Below, one piece after another: positions 25,786 through 34,324 of a DNA stretch of 35,540 nt. Numbering within the stretch: position 1 is the first letter of the stretch; every line of letters begins with the position of its first letter. Source of the DNA: Gemmatimonadales bacterium (GTDB taxonomy: Bacteria; Gemmatimonadota; Gemmatimonadetes; Gemmatimonadales; GWC2-71-9); the NCBI GenBank assembly GCA_035573835.1, contig DATLZT010000207.1, positions 1-35,540 of the forward strand. The letters run 5' to 3'. Under the pieces are notes generated by a model. That model had not been told where the DNA came from, searched no databases, and saw only the letters and a program-made list of their open reading frames with translations. Both the position numbers and the translations under genes were made by a program.

Positions 25786-26003
25786 GCCGACGATCCGGGA
25801 CGCAAGAGGTGACGCCAACGGCTTTCGCCCGGCCGCGCGACGACCGATGAGGCGAAACGGAGGCTGGTGCCGCAAGTTTCGCGCGGCCCCGAACCAGTGT
25901 CAACTGGCCGCCCGGCGCGCCCCGGGCGATCCGCCGCCGTAGCGATCCCTTGTCGTCCGCTCCCGGGTCCTGCACCTTCCGGTGGCTCTTCCCACGAGGA
26001 ACC

Positions 26004-27107
26004 GTGCGGGTCGTCGTGCTCTCTTCCACCTACAGCGATCCCGCCACGCGGGGCAAGCTTCGCGCGCTGGCGGGGCTGGGCTGCGCCGTGACGGTGGGCG
26101 TTCCCGACCGCTGGCTCCAACCCGGGAAGCGCCGCCCGGTGCGCGTCGCCTGGGGCGACGACGCCGGCGTGCGGGTAGCCCCGATCCCGGTTCGGCTCGC
26201 CGGGGGCCGATCGACCTGGAGCCGTGGCGCGATCCGCCGCCTGGTGACCGACGCCCGGCCCGACCTGGTGCATATCGAAGAGGAGCCGTGGACGGTGGCC
26301 GCCTCGGCCGGGACCGCCGCCGCCGTGTCGCTGGACCTCCCCAGCGTCGTCTACATGGCGGAGAGCGTGCCGCGGCCGCTTCCGCTCCTCGACCGCTGGC
26401 GCCGGCGCCGGACCCTCCGCCGGGTCGCCGGGATCGTCGCGGCCAATCAGCTGGCGGCGGGACTGGCGACCCGCGATGCGCCGGCCATCCCGGCCGTGGT
26501 GCTGCCGCAGCTGGGCGTGGCGCCACCGGTGATGGTCGAACGGAGCCAGCACCAGGGGCTCTCGATCGGGTTCATCGGCCGGCTGGTTCCCGAACGGGGA
26601 CTCGATCTCGTCTTCCGCGCCTGCGTCCGCCTCCTCGGACACTGGACGATCACGGTGATCGGCACCGGCCCCGCCCAGGAGGAGTTGGAGCGGCTGGCGG
26701 CGCAGCTCGGGATCGCGGCGCGGGTCCTCTGGCTCGGCGCGGTCCCGGCCGCGGAACGGGAGCGGGTCTGGCCCCATCTCGACTGCGTGGTGCTCCCCGC
26801 GCGGTCCACGCCCCGCTGGGTGGAAGCCACCGGGCGGCCGCTGCTCGAGGCGATGGCCCGCGGCATCGCCGTGGTGGGGAGCCGGTCGGGGGCGATCCCC
26901 GAGATCGTGGCCGACGGCGGCCTGCTGGTGCCGGAGGACGACGCCGCGGCACTGGCCGCCGCGCTCCAGCGCCTGGCCGACCACCCGCGTGAGCGGGAGG
27001 AGTTCGGCGCGGCCGGGCGTCGGCGTATCCTCGCCGACTACGCCGACGACGCCCTCGCCCGGCGCACCCTCGCGTTTTGGGAGTCGGTGCGCAAACGCTT
27101 GACATAA
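26004..27107 (+). CDS. Glycosyltransferase family 4
   Basis: GTG 26004 follows GAGGA (25996-26000); the track start at 25950 is TTG. VRVVVLSSTYSDPATRGK..., FIGRLVPERGLD, ATGRPLLEAMARGIAVVGSRSGAIPEIV. Confidence 0.82.
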   Translation: MRVVVLSSTYSDPATRGKLRALAGLGCAVTVGVPDRWLQPGKRRPVRVAWGDDAGVRVAPIPVRLAGGRSTWSRGAIRRLVTDARPDLVHIEEEPWTVAASAGTAAAVSLDLPSVVYMAESVPRPLPLLDRWRRRRTLRRVAGIVAANQLAAGLATRDAPAIPAVVLPQLGVAPPVMVERSQHQGLSIGFIGRLVPERGLDLVFRACVRLLGHWTITVIGTGPAQEELERLAAQLGIAARVLWLGAVPAAERERVWPHLDCVVLPARSTPRWVEATGRPLLEAMARGIAVVGSRSGAIPEIVADGGLLVPEDDAAALAAALQRLADHPREREEFGAAGRRRILADYADDALARRTLAFWESVRKRLT

Positions 27108-27127
27108 CAACACTTGCAGACGATCTT
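27099..27127 (+). promoter_or_regulatory. Candidate promoter for the export/polymerisation operon, implying a near-leaderless mRNA
   Basis: Perfect -35 TTGACA (27099-27104), a 17-nt A/T-richer spacer, then GATCTT (27122-27127). ATG 27136 is 8 nt further on, with no Shine-Dalgarno sequence. Confidence 0.35.
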
Positions 27128-27135
27128 GGCTCTGC

Positions 27136-29754
27136 ATGGCGTCGTCCTCGCGTCACCGGGGTCAGCGGGTGCCGATCCGCTGCCTCGCGCTCTGTTCCCT
27201 CCTCATCATCGGCGCCCCGGGGCTCGCGGCCCAGGACCCCCTTGGGGGGCGGCCTCCCCCGCCGGACGCGGCGCGGGATCTCGTCCGCTCGCGCCCCGAC
27301 CTGGTCCGGCAGCTTCGGGAACGCTTGCGGCTGAGCGGGCTCACGCCTGACCAGGTGCGCGCCCGGCTGCGCGCGGCCGGTTATCCCGAGCACCTCCTCG
27401 ATGCCTACCTCGCCGACGCCGACACCACCCGCGTGGTGCAGCCCACTCGCGGCACCTTCGACGCCCTCCGCGCGCTCGGACTCCTGGGCGCGGAGGCGGT
27501 CGACAGCCTGGTGGCGCTCGACTCGCTGCGCTCGGTTTCCGACTCGGCCCGCCGCGTGGCCGACTCGCTCCGCCTCGCACGGCTGGATTCGCTCCGTGCC
27601 GATTCGCTGGCCGATACGCTCGCCGCCCGGGGCCGGCTCAAGCGCTTCGGGGCGGAAACCTTCCGCCGGGCCGGCACCCGCTTCCAGCCGCTGCAAACCG
27701 GACCGGTCGACGCCAACTACCGCCTCGGCCCCGGGGACCTGCTGGTCCTCGTGCTCACTGGCGACGTCGAGGACGAACACGCGCTGGAAGTGACGCGCGA
27801 CGGTTTCATCGTCATCCCGCGAGCGGGCCAGCTCTATGTCGCGAACCTCACGCTCGGTCAGCTCGAGGACCAGCTCTACGCCCGCCTCGGACGGGTCTAC
27901 TCCGGCGTCCGCCGGGGCCCCGGCGCGCGGACCAAGTTCTCCGTCACGGTGGCGCGACTCCGCTCGGTCCAGGTCTTCGTGAGCGGCGACGTCGTCCGCC
28001 CCGGGGCCTACCAGATCTCGAGCACCGGCACACCGCTCAGCGCGTTGTACGCCGCCGGCGGTCCCTCCGACAACGGCAGCTTCCGCCGGATCGAGGTCCG
28101 TCGTGGCACGAGACTGGTGGACTCGGTCGACCTCTACGACTACCTGGTCCGCGGCATCCAACGAAACGACTTCCGGCTGGAGTCGGGCGACGTGGTCTTC
28201 GTCCCGGTGCAGCAAGGCCAGATCAAGGTCGCGGGGGCGGTGGCGCGGCCCGCGGTCTACGAGCTCAAGCCCGGGGAAACGCTGCGGCATCTCCTCGAGT
28301 TCGCCGGCGGCTTCGCCCCCGAGGCGTACCGCACTCGGGTCCAGATCCACCGGCTGGTGAGCCGCCCGGGAGCGGCTGGCCGCCCCAGCCCGGCGCGGGT
28401 GGTGGTCGACGTCGCCCCCGAGGAACTCGCCGCCGGCGTCCCCGACGTCCCCCTCGCCCCCGGCGACTCGGTTACCGTGTTCGCGCTGCCGGAGCGGGTG
28501 ACCAGCTACGTCACCGTGCGGGGCAACGTCTGGGTGGACGGTCGAGTCGGCTTCCGGCCGGGGATGCGGCTGAGCGAGGCGATCCGCCTCGCCGGAGGGG
28601 TGCGGCCCGACGTGTACCTGGAGCGGGTGCTGGTGACGCGAGTGGCGCCGGATTCGTCCCGGGTGCAGCTCCGCTCCGCCTTCGCCGACACCCTGGGCAC
28701 CCTGGTCGACGATCTCGTACTGGAGGACCGGGACGAGATCGAGGTCTTCTCCCGGAGCAGCGCCCGCCCCCGCCCGTTCGTCACCGTCACCGGCGCGGTC
28801 CGGACCCCGGGACGGATTACCTATCGACGGGGGATGACGCTGCGGGACGCGGTGCTCTTGGCGGGCGGGGTGACCGAGGACGCCTACCTCGAGGTAGCCG
28901 AAATCGCGCGGCGGGTGTCGGCGCGGGGCTCCGGCGGGCTCGCGGAGACGATCCGGGTGACGCTCGACTCCGCCTACGCCCTCGGCACCGACGGGGTCGA
29001 CGGGCTCCGGGTCGCCTCGGTCGCGCCCGACGTGCCGCTCCAGCCGTACGACAACGTGCTGATCATGCGGGAGGGCGGCTTCGAGCGGCAGCGCCTGGTG
29101 CACCTGAGCGGCCAGGTGAAGCGCCCCGGCCGCTACGCGCTCCGGAGCAAGACCGAACGCCTGGCGGACCTGATCCAGCGGGCCGGCGGGCTGACCGAGG
29201 AGGCGTACCCCGGCGGCATCGAGTTCTGGCGTCCGATCGCCGCGATCACCCCCCGCCCCGCCCCGCCGGAGCGGCCCGACACGCTGCCCGACCCGCGCCC
29301 GATCACCACCGGCCCGCGGGAGCGGGTGGGGGTGGACCTGGCCCGGGCGCTGCGCGACGCGCGGAGCGCCGACAACCTGATCCTCACGGCAGGCGACTCG
29401 ATCCACGTCCCCGAGTACGATCCCGTGGTCATGGTGCTCGGGGCCGTGAACGCGCCCGGCGCGGTGGCCTACGCGCCCGGCAAGAGCGCCGACTGGTACG
29501 TCCGGGCGGCGGGCGGCTACGCCCAGCTGGGTGACCCCAAGCGGGTCTACGTCACCCAGCCGAACGGCCAGAAGGAATCGGTGCGTCGCCGTTTCCTGTT
29601 GCCGGACGGCGTGCCCGAGCCGCGGGCCGGCGGGCAGGTCTTCGTACCCGAGCGGGCCCCGACGACCCAGCCGAGCAACACGCCCGCCGTGCTCGGCGCG
29701 ATCGCCTCGATCCTCGGCGCGCTCACGACGATCGCCGTGGTGGTGTCGCGATGA
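27136..29754 (+). CDS. Outer-membrane polysaccharide export (OPX/Wza-family) protein with six SLBB-like repeats
   Basis: Signal peptide ...CLALCSLLIIGAPGLAAQ. Poly_export motif NYRLGPGDLLVLVLTGD...VTRDGFIVIPRAGQLYVANLTLGQLE. Six repeats of the form V.V.G.V..PG.y.......l.....AGG. They start at about aa 278, 362, 458, 548, 654 and 764. Hydrophobic C-terminal helix AVLGAIASILGALTTIAVVV. 872 aa. Confidence 0.88.
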   Translation: MASSSRHRGQRVPIRCLALCSLLIIGAPGLAAQDPLGGRPPPPDAARDLVRSRPDLVRQLRERLRLSGLTPDQVRARLRAAGYPEHLLDAYLADADTTRVVQPTRGTFDALRALGLLGAEAVDSLVALDSLRSVSDSARRVADSLRLARLDSLRADSLADTLAARGRLKRFGAETFRRAGTRFQPLQTGPVDANYRLGPGDLLVLVLTGDVEDEHALEVTRDGFIVIPRAGQLYVANLTLGQLEDQLYARLGRVYSGVRRGPGARTKFSVTVARLRSVQVFVSGDVVRPGAYQISSTGTPLSALYAAGGPSDNGSFRRIEVRRGTRLVDSVDLYDYLVRGIQRNDFRLESGDVVFVPVQQGQIKVAGAVARPAVYELKPGETLRHLLEFAGGFAPEAYRTRVQIHRLVSRPGAAGRPSPARVVVDVAPEELAAGVPDVPLAPGDSVTVFALPERVTSYVTVRGNVWVDGRVGFRPGMRLSEAIRLAGGVRPDVYLERVLVTRVAPDSSRVQLRSAFADTLGTLVDDLVLEDRDEIEVFSRSSARPRPFVTVTGAVRTPGRITYRRGMTLRDAVLLAGGVTEDAYLEVAEIARRVSARGSGGLAETIRVTLDSAYALGTDGVDGLRVASVAPDVPLQPYDNVLIMREGGFERQRLVHLSGQVKRPGRYALRSKTERLADLIQRAGGLTEEAYPGGIEFWRPIAAITPRPAPPERPDTLPDPRPITTGPRERVGVDLARALRDARSADNLILTAGDSIHVPEYDPVVMVLGAVNAPGAVAYAPGKSADWYVRAAGGYAQLGDPKRVYVTQPNGQKESVRRRFLLPDGVPEPRAGGQVFVPERAPTTQPSNTPAVLGAIASILGALTTIAVVVSR
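27499..27621 (+). repeat. In-frame D-S-L/A repeat tract inside the OPX N-terminal extension
   Basis: aa 122-162 read DSLVALDSLRSVSDSARRVADSLRLARLDSLRADSLADTL. The underlying DNA has GACTCGCT/GATTCGCT recurring seven times. Confidence 0.85.
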
Positions 29755-30839
29755 GCTCCGGAACGGTCCCGTCGCCCGGCATGAGTCCGGGCGACTCGCG
29801 CGACGCGCCCGCCTCGGCCGACATCTCGGTCTTCGAGGCGCTCACGCCGCTGGTGCGGCGCTGGCGCGTGATCGCCGCCTCGGCGGTCGGCTGCGCCCTG
29901 CTGACCGCGGGCGCGCTGCTGCTCGCCCGCCCCAGCTATTCCGCGCGCACCACCTTTGTCCCCGAGACGATCAGCTCCCAGGGCCTCCCGGGCAGCCTGA
30001 CCGGCCTCATCGGCATGGCGGGTCAGCTCGGCCTCGGGCTCAACGTGCCGGGAGCGGTGCCCCCGGAGTTCTTCCTGACCCTGATCCGGAGCCGCGAGGT
30101 GCTGCACGCCCTGCTCCGGACCGAGTTCGCCGACTCGACGCCGGGCGGGGGCGTCACGACGCGACCCCTGGTCGACATCCTCGGGATCGAGGGTGCCACG
30201 CTGCCGGCGCGGCTCCAGAAGGGGGAGGAGGAGCTGCGCGACCGGCTCGAGGCCACGCTGGACAAGACGACCGGCGTCGTGACCCTCGAGGTCCGGATGC
30301 CGTCGTCCCGGCTCGCGGCCGAGGTGGCCAACCGCGCGGTGGCGCTGGTGAACCGCTTCAACCTGGAGCAGCGACAGACCCGCTCCCGCGCCCAGCGGCG
30401 CTTCACCGGGGAACGGCTGGCCGAGGCGGAGCGGGAGCTCCGAGAGGCGGAGGCCGCCCAGGCCGTGTTCCTGGAGCGGAACCGCGGCTTCGAGCAGTCG
30501 CCGCTCCTGGCGGCGCAAGCCGGGCGGCTGGCGCGGGACGTCGCCGTGAAGCAGGAGCAGTTCCTCACGCTCACCAAGGCGCACGAGGAAGCTCGCATCG
30601 CCGAGGTGCGCGACACGCCGGTGCTCACGGTGATCGATTCCGCGGTGCCGCCGGTGGAGCCGACCGGGCCCGGGCTCCCCATGGCGGCCGCCGTGGCCTT
30701 CCTCGCGGGCGCCGCGGCGGGGACTGCGCTGGTCTATCTCCTCGCCTACCTCCGCCGCCTGCGGCGGGAGCAGCGGCCCGACTACGTGGAGTTCCGCGAG
30801 GCCCTGCGACGGCGCGGCGTCGCCGGCGCCCGCTCGTAG
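29751..30839 (+). CDS. Polysaccharide co-polymerase / chain-length determinant (Wzz-like, no kinase domain)
   Basis: ATGA overlap with the OPX stop. Two TM segments, WRVIAASAVGCALLTAGALLLA and MAAAVAFLAGAAAGTALVYLLAYL, flank a coiled-coil periplasmic region (ERLAEAERELREAEAAQAVF...). 362 aa with no Walker motifs. Confidence 0.8.
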   Translation: MSSGTVPSPGMSPGDSRDAPASADISVFEALTPLVRRWRVIAASAVGCALLTAGALLLARPSYSARTTFVPETISSQGLPGSLTGLIGMAGQLGLGLNVPGAVPPEFFLTLIRSREVLHALLRTEFADSTPGGGVTTRPLVDILGIEGATLPARLQKGEEELRDRLEATLDKTTGVVTLEVRMPSSRLAAEVANRAVALVNRFNLEQRQTRSRAQRRFTGERLAEAERELREAEAAQAVFLERNRGFEQSPLLAAQAGRLARDVAVKQEQFLTLTKAHEEARIAEVRDTPVLTVIDSAVPPVEPTGPGLPMAAAVAFLAGAAAGTALVYLLAYLRRLRREQRPDYVEFREALRRRGVAGARS

Positions 30840-30864
30840 CGGCCGACGGTCCCGGCGCACCGCC

Positions 30865-32121
30865 ATGCTCCGCGCCCTGGCCCTGCTCCTCGCGCTGCTG
30901 TACTGCTTCCCCTGGCTCCGGATCCCCGACGTGGGCGGGGTGGCGCTGCCGTTCCAGCGGGTGCTCGCCTGGCTCGCGCTCTGGGCGATGCTCGGGTACG
31001 CGGCCACCAAGCGAGCCCTCGTGGCGGGTCCCGCGGCGCGGGCGTATCTCCGCGTCACCTACCTGTTCGTCGCCTTCCTCGGCCTCCACCTGGTCCGGCA
31101 GGCGCTGTTCGGCGAACCGTTCTACCTGCTGTACTTCCTGATGGACTTCTCGAAGTACCTGGCGATCTTCACGGTCGGCTACCTGGTCTACTACGCCCTC
31201 CGGTGCGGCCTGCTCGACGAGGAGCGCTTCGTGCGGGCGGTCCAACGTTCCGGCGCCTGGGCCACCGCCCTCGTTTTCCTCTTCCTGGGACTCTATGTCG
31301 CCGGCTTCCGGACGGCGAACGACATCCTCGCCCCGTCCTTCGGCGGTGCCCTCGGCGTGTGGCCGACGGGCGGGCGGCTGCCGCGGCTCTCCGGCACGGC
31401 GGCGGAGCCGCAGCAGCTCGCGGTCCTGCTCCTCACCCCGGTGCTGCTCATGCTGGAGCCCGCCTCGGTGCGCCGGTACTGGCCCGTCGCCGCCCTGGGG
31501 ACGCTGGCCCTGCTCCTCTCCCAGTCGAAGTACGCGGTGCTGTCGGTGCTGATCATCCTCGGTTACGTCTTCCTGGTCTACCGCCGCCAACGGGCGCTGA
31601 TCCTCCTGGCCGCCATGCCGCTTGGTCCCGTCGCTGCGATCCTGCTGGCCCGGCTGCCGGTCTTCAGCGAGACCCTGTCGCAGGGGCTCCAGGCGCACGC
31701 GTTCGTCGAGCGGTTCCAGAACCTCGTACTGCTGGCGGACATCATCCGCGATCACTTCCTCTTCGGCATCGGGGCCGGGCACTATGGCGTGTACCGCGGG
31801 ATCGTGGTCTTCGGCGACCCGATGTACCTGCCCGGCTACTCCCCGAACATGGACTTCCTCAAGGTCTTCGCCGAGACCGGCGCCCTGGGCTTCGTGCTGC
31901 TCCTGGTCCTGCTCGGGTCGCTGGTGCGGCGCTCCGTCCGCGGCTACCGGGCGGTGCCGCCGGCCGGCCGGCCGCGCTACCTGGCCTTCCTCTTCGGCAT
32001 GCTCGGCATCCTCGGCAGCATGGCGATCGGCTACGAGCTGCTGCACGTGTTCTTCTGGATCAACGTCGGCGCGTTGATGCACCTCGCCGAGACCGCGGCA
32101 GCCGACGGGGCCCGGGCGTGA
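30865..32121 (+). CDS. O-antigen ligase/polymerase family membrane protein (Wzy-like)
   Basis: About 10 hydrophobic segments, a large loop, and a Wzy_C-like region ...LLLSQSKYAVLSVLIILGYVFLV...FLFGIGAGHYG.... 418 aa. Confidence 0.8.
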   Translation: MLRALALLLALLYCFPWLRIPDVGGVALPFQRVLAWLALWAMLGYAATKRALVAGPAARAYLRVTYLFVAFLGLHLVRQALFGEPFYLLYFLMDFSKYLAIFTVGYLVYYALRCGLLDEERFVRAVQRSGAWATALVFLFLGLYVAGFRTANDILAPSFGGALGVWPTGGRLPRLSGTAAEPQQLAVLLLTPVLLMLEPASVRRYWPVAALGTLALLLSQSKYAVLSVLIILGYVFLVYRRQRALILLAAMPLGPVAAILLARLPVFSETLSQGLQAHAFVERFQNLVLLADIIRDHFLFGIGAGHYGVYRGIVVFGDPMYLPGYSPNMDFLKVFAETGALGFVLLLVLLGSLVRRSVRGYRAVPPAGRPRYLAFLFGMLGILGSMAIGYELLHVFFWINVGALMHLAETAAADGARA

Positions 32122-33203
32122 GCGGCCCGGCGATCGTCGTCAACGGCCGGTTCCTCGCGCAGGAGACCACCGGCGTCCAGCGGTTCGCCCGCGAGGTCTG
32201 TCGTGCCGCCGCCGGGCGCTGGCCCGCGCCCGGCGGCGGCGGCCGGATCCCGATCCTCCACCCGGCCGGGGCGCCGCCGCGGGACGCCGGGCCGGTCTGC
32301 GGCGATCTCTTCGCGCCCACACCCCTCGGGCGGCTCCGGGGTCACTCGTGGGAGCAGCTCGAGCTCGGCCGCAGCCACCCCGACGCCCTCCTGCTCAACC
32401 TCACCGGCAGCGCGCCGGCCTGGCGGCGCCGGCAGCTCGTCGTGCTCCACGACGCGGCCGTGGCCGCGAATCCGCGGGCCTTCAGCCGCGCGTTCCGGAC
32501 CTGGTACCGGATCATGATCGCCGGCTACGTGCGCGCCGCCCGGCATCTGGTCACGGTGTCCCGCTTTTCCGCCGGCGAGATCGCCCGGCACTTCGGCGTG
32601 CCGTACGCCCGGCTGCACGTGGTCCCGGCGTCCGGCGGGCACGTCCTGCGCGAGCCGCCCGACCGCGCGGTGCTCGAGGTCCACGGGCTCGAGCCGGACT
32701 CGTACGTCCTGGCCGTGAGCAGCCATTCGCCCAACAAGAACTTCCGCCTCGTGCTCGAGGCCATGCGGCTGCTCCGGGGCGGGCGGATGCGGTTCGTGAT
32801 CGCCGGCGGGGGCTCGGCGCGGGTCTTCGGGAAGGCGCCGGAACTCGGCCCCGAGGCGGTCACCACCGGCTACGTCTCCGACGCGCAGCTCCGCGCGCTC
32901 TACGAGCACGCCGCCTGCTTCGTGTTCCCGTCGCTCTACGAGGGGTTCGGGCTCCCGCCGCTCGAGGCGATGGCCTGCGGCTGTCCCACGATCGTCTCCC
33001 GCACCAGCTCGCTCCCCGAGGTCTGCGGCGATGCGGCGCTCTACTGCGATCCGCACTCGCCCGCCGACCTCGCGGCGGGCCTCCGCCGGCTGTGGTCGGA
33101 TCCCGCCCTCCGGGCCGAACTGCGGGCGCGCGGGAGGGAGCGCGCCGCGCGCTACCGCTGGACCGACTGCGCCGACGCCGTCTGGGCGATCGCGAGCTCA
33201 TGA
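32118..33203 (+). CDS. Glycosyltransferase family 4
   Basis: GTG 32118 overlaps the Wzy-like stop (GTGA). [52 protein letters not shown] (EX7E). 361 aa. The track ORF start at 31203 is an alternative frame. Confidence 0.88.
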   Translation: MSGPAIVVNGRFLAQETTGVQRFAREVCRAAAGRWPAPGGGGRIPILHPAGAPPRDAGPVCGDLFAPTPLGRLRGHSWEQLELGRSHPDALLLNLTGSAPAWRRRQLVVLHDAAVAANPRAFSRAFRTWYRIMIAGYVRAARHLVTVSRFSAGEIARHFGVPYARLHVVPASGGHVLREPPDRAVLEVHGLEPDSYVLAVSSHSPNKNFRLVLEAMRLLRGGRMRFVIAGGGSARVFGKAPELGPEAVTTGYVSDAQLRALYEHAACFVFPSLYEGFGLPPLEAMACGCPTIVSRTSSLPEVCGDAALYCDPHSPADLAAGLRRLWSDPALRAELRARGRERAARYRWTDCADAVWAIASS

Positions 33204-34324
33204 GCGCCGCCCGGAAGGTCCGCGTCCTGCACGTCGCCGAGACCGTCAAGGGCGGCGTGAGCAGCTACCTCGAGGAGCTGGTGCCGCTCCAACTCGCCGA
33301 GTTCGGGCCGGACGCCGTGCGCCTGGTCATCCCGGCGCACCCGGCCCCCGATCTCCGCGACGTGCCCCCGGCGCTGCTCCATCGGTATCCGAACGGCCGG
33401 CGCCGGCTCCGCAACGCGGGGACGCTGGCGCGCGTGCTCGCGGGGCCGTTCGTGCGCCAGTTCGCCCCCACCGTGGTCCACGCCCACTCGAGCTTCGCCG
33501 GGGCCGCGGTCCGGCTGTACTACGCCGGGCGGCGTCCCCGCCCGCGGATCGTGTACAGCCCGCACGCCTGGTCGTTCTTCATGGACGTGGGCGCTCTGGA
33601 GCGCCGGGTCTACGTGCTGGCCGAGCGCCTCCTCGGGCCCCTGGCGGACGACATCGTCTGCGTCTCCCGGCACGAGTACGACCAGGCGGCGTCGCTGGGG
33701 GTGGGCGGCGATCGCCTGCGCCTGGTGGTGAGCGGCATCGCCGACCTGCCGCACCCGACGCCCGCGCCCGTCGCGCTGCCCGTCGACTGGCCCCCGGGGC
33801 GGAAGCGGGTGCTGTTCGTGGGCCGGTTCGACCACCAGAAGGGCATCGACCGCGTCGACCGCATCATGCGCCGCCTCGGCGACGCGGCCTTCGGCGTCGT
33901 CGTCGGCGAGCCGGTCGGGGCCGACGCGTCGCCTCCCCGCTTCGGCGACAACGTGGCCGTGGTCGGTTGGCAGCCGCGCCCCGTGGTGGCGGCCCTGCTC
34001 GCCCGCACCGACTTGGTGCTCATCCCGTCGCGTTGGGAGGGGCTCACCATCGTCGGACTCGAGGCGCTGCGCGCCGGCAAGGCGATCTTCGCCACCGACG
34101 TGGGCGGCATGGCCGAGATCGTCACGCCGGCCAACGGGGTGCTGGTTCCCGAGCCGGCGGCGGAGCGCCTGGCCGACGCCATTCGCGCCACCGGCCCGGC
34201 CGAGCTGGCGGCGATGGGCCGCCGGTCGCGAGAGCTCTTCCTCGAGCGCTTCCGGGTCGAGCGGGTCCACCGCGAGCTCGCGGCCATCTACCGGGGCGAC
34301 GGGAGCCGAGCGTGCGCCGGCTGA
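33200..34324 (+). CDS. Glycosyltransferase family 4
   Basis: ATG 33200 overlaps the upstream stop (ATGA). [64 protein letters not shown]. 374 aa. Confidence 0.88.
   Translation: MSAARKVRVLHVAETVKGGVSSYLEELVPLQLAEFGPDAVRLVIPAHPAPDLRDVPPALLHRYPNGRRRLRNAGTLARVLAGPFVRQFAPTVVHAHSSFAGAAVRLYYAGRRPRPRIVYSPHAWSFFMDVGALERRVYVLAERLLGPLADDIVCVSRHEYDQAASLGVGGDRLRLVVSGIADLPHPTPAPVALPVDWPPGRKRVLFVGRFDHQKGIDRVDRIMRRLGDAAFGVVVGEPVGADASPPRFGDNVAVVGWQPRPVVAALLARTDLVLIPSRWEGLTIVGLEALRAGKAIFATDVGGMAEIVTPANGVLVPEPAAERLADAIRATGPAELAAMGRRSRELFLERFRVERVHRELAAIYRGDGSRACAG

Noticed and set aside
25786-26003. Divergent intergenic region between two GT4 genes. It contains a 7-bp inverted repeat (TTTCGCC...GGCGAAA) and a TTGTCG-17-CACCTT promoter-like string.
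   Set aside because: The stem is short with a long loop, and the -10 match is poor. This is not enough to call an operator or promoter.
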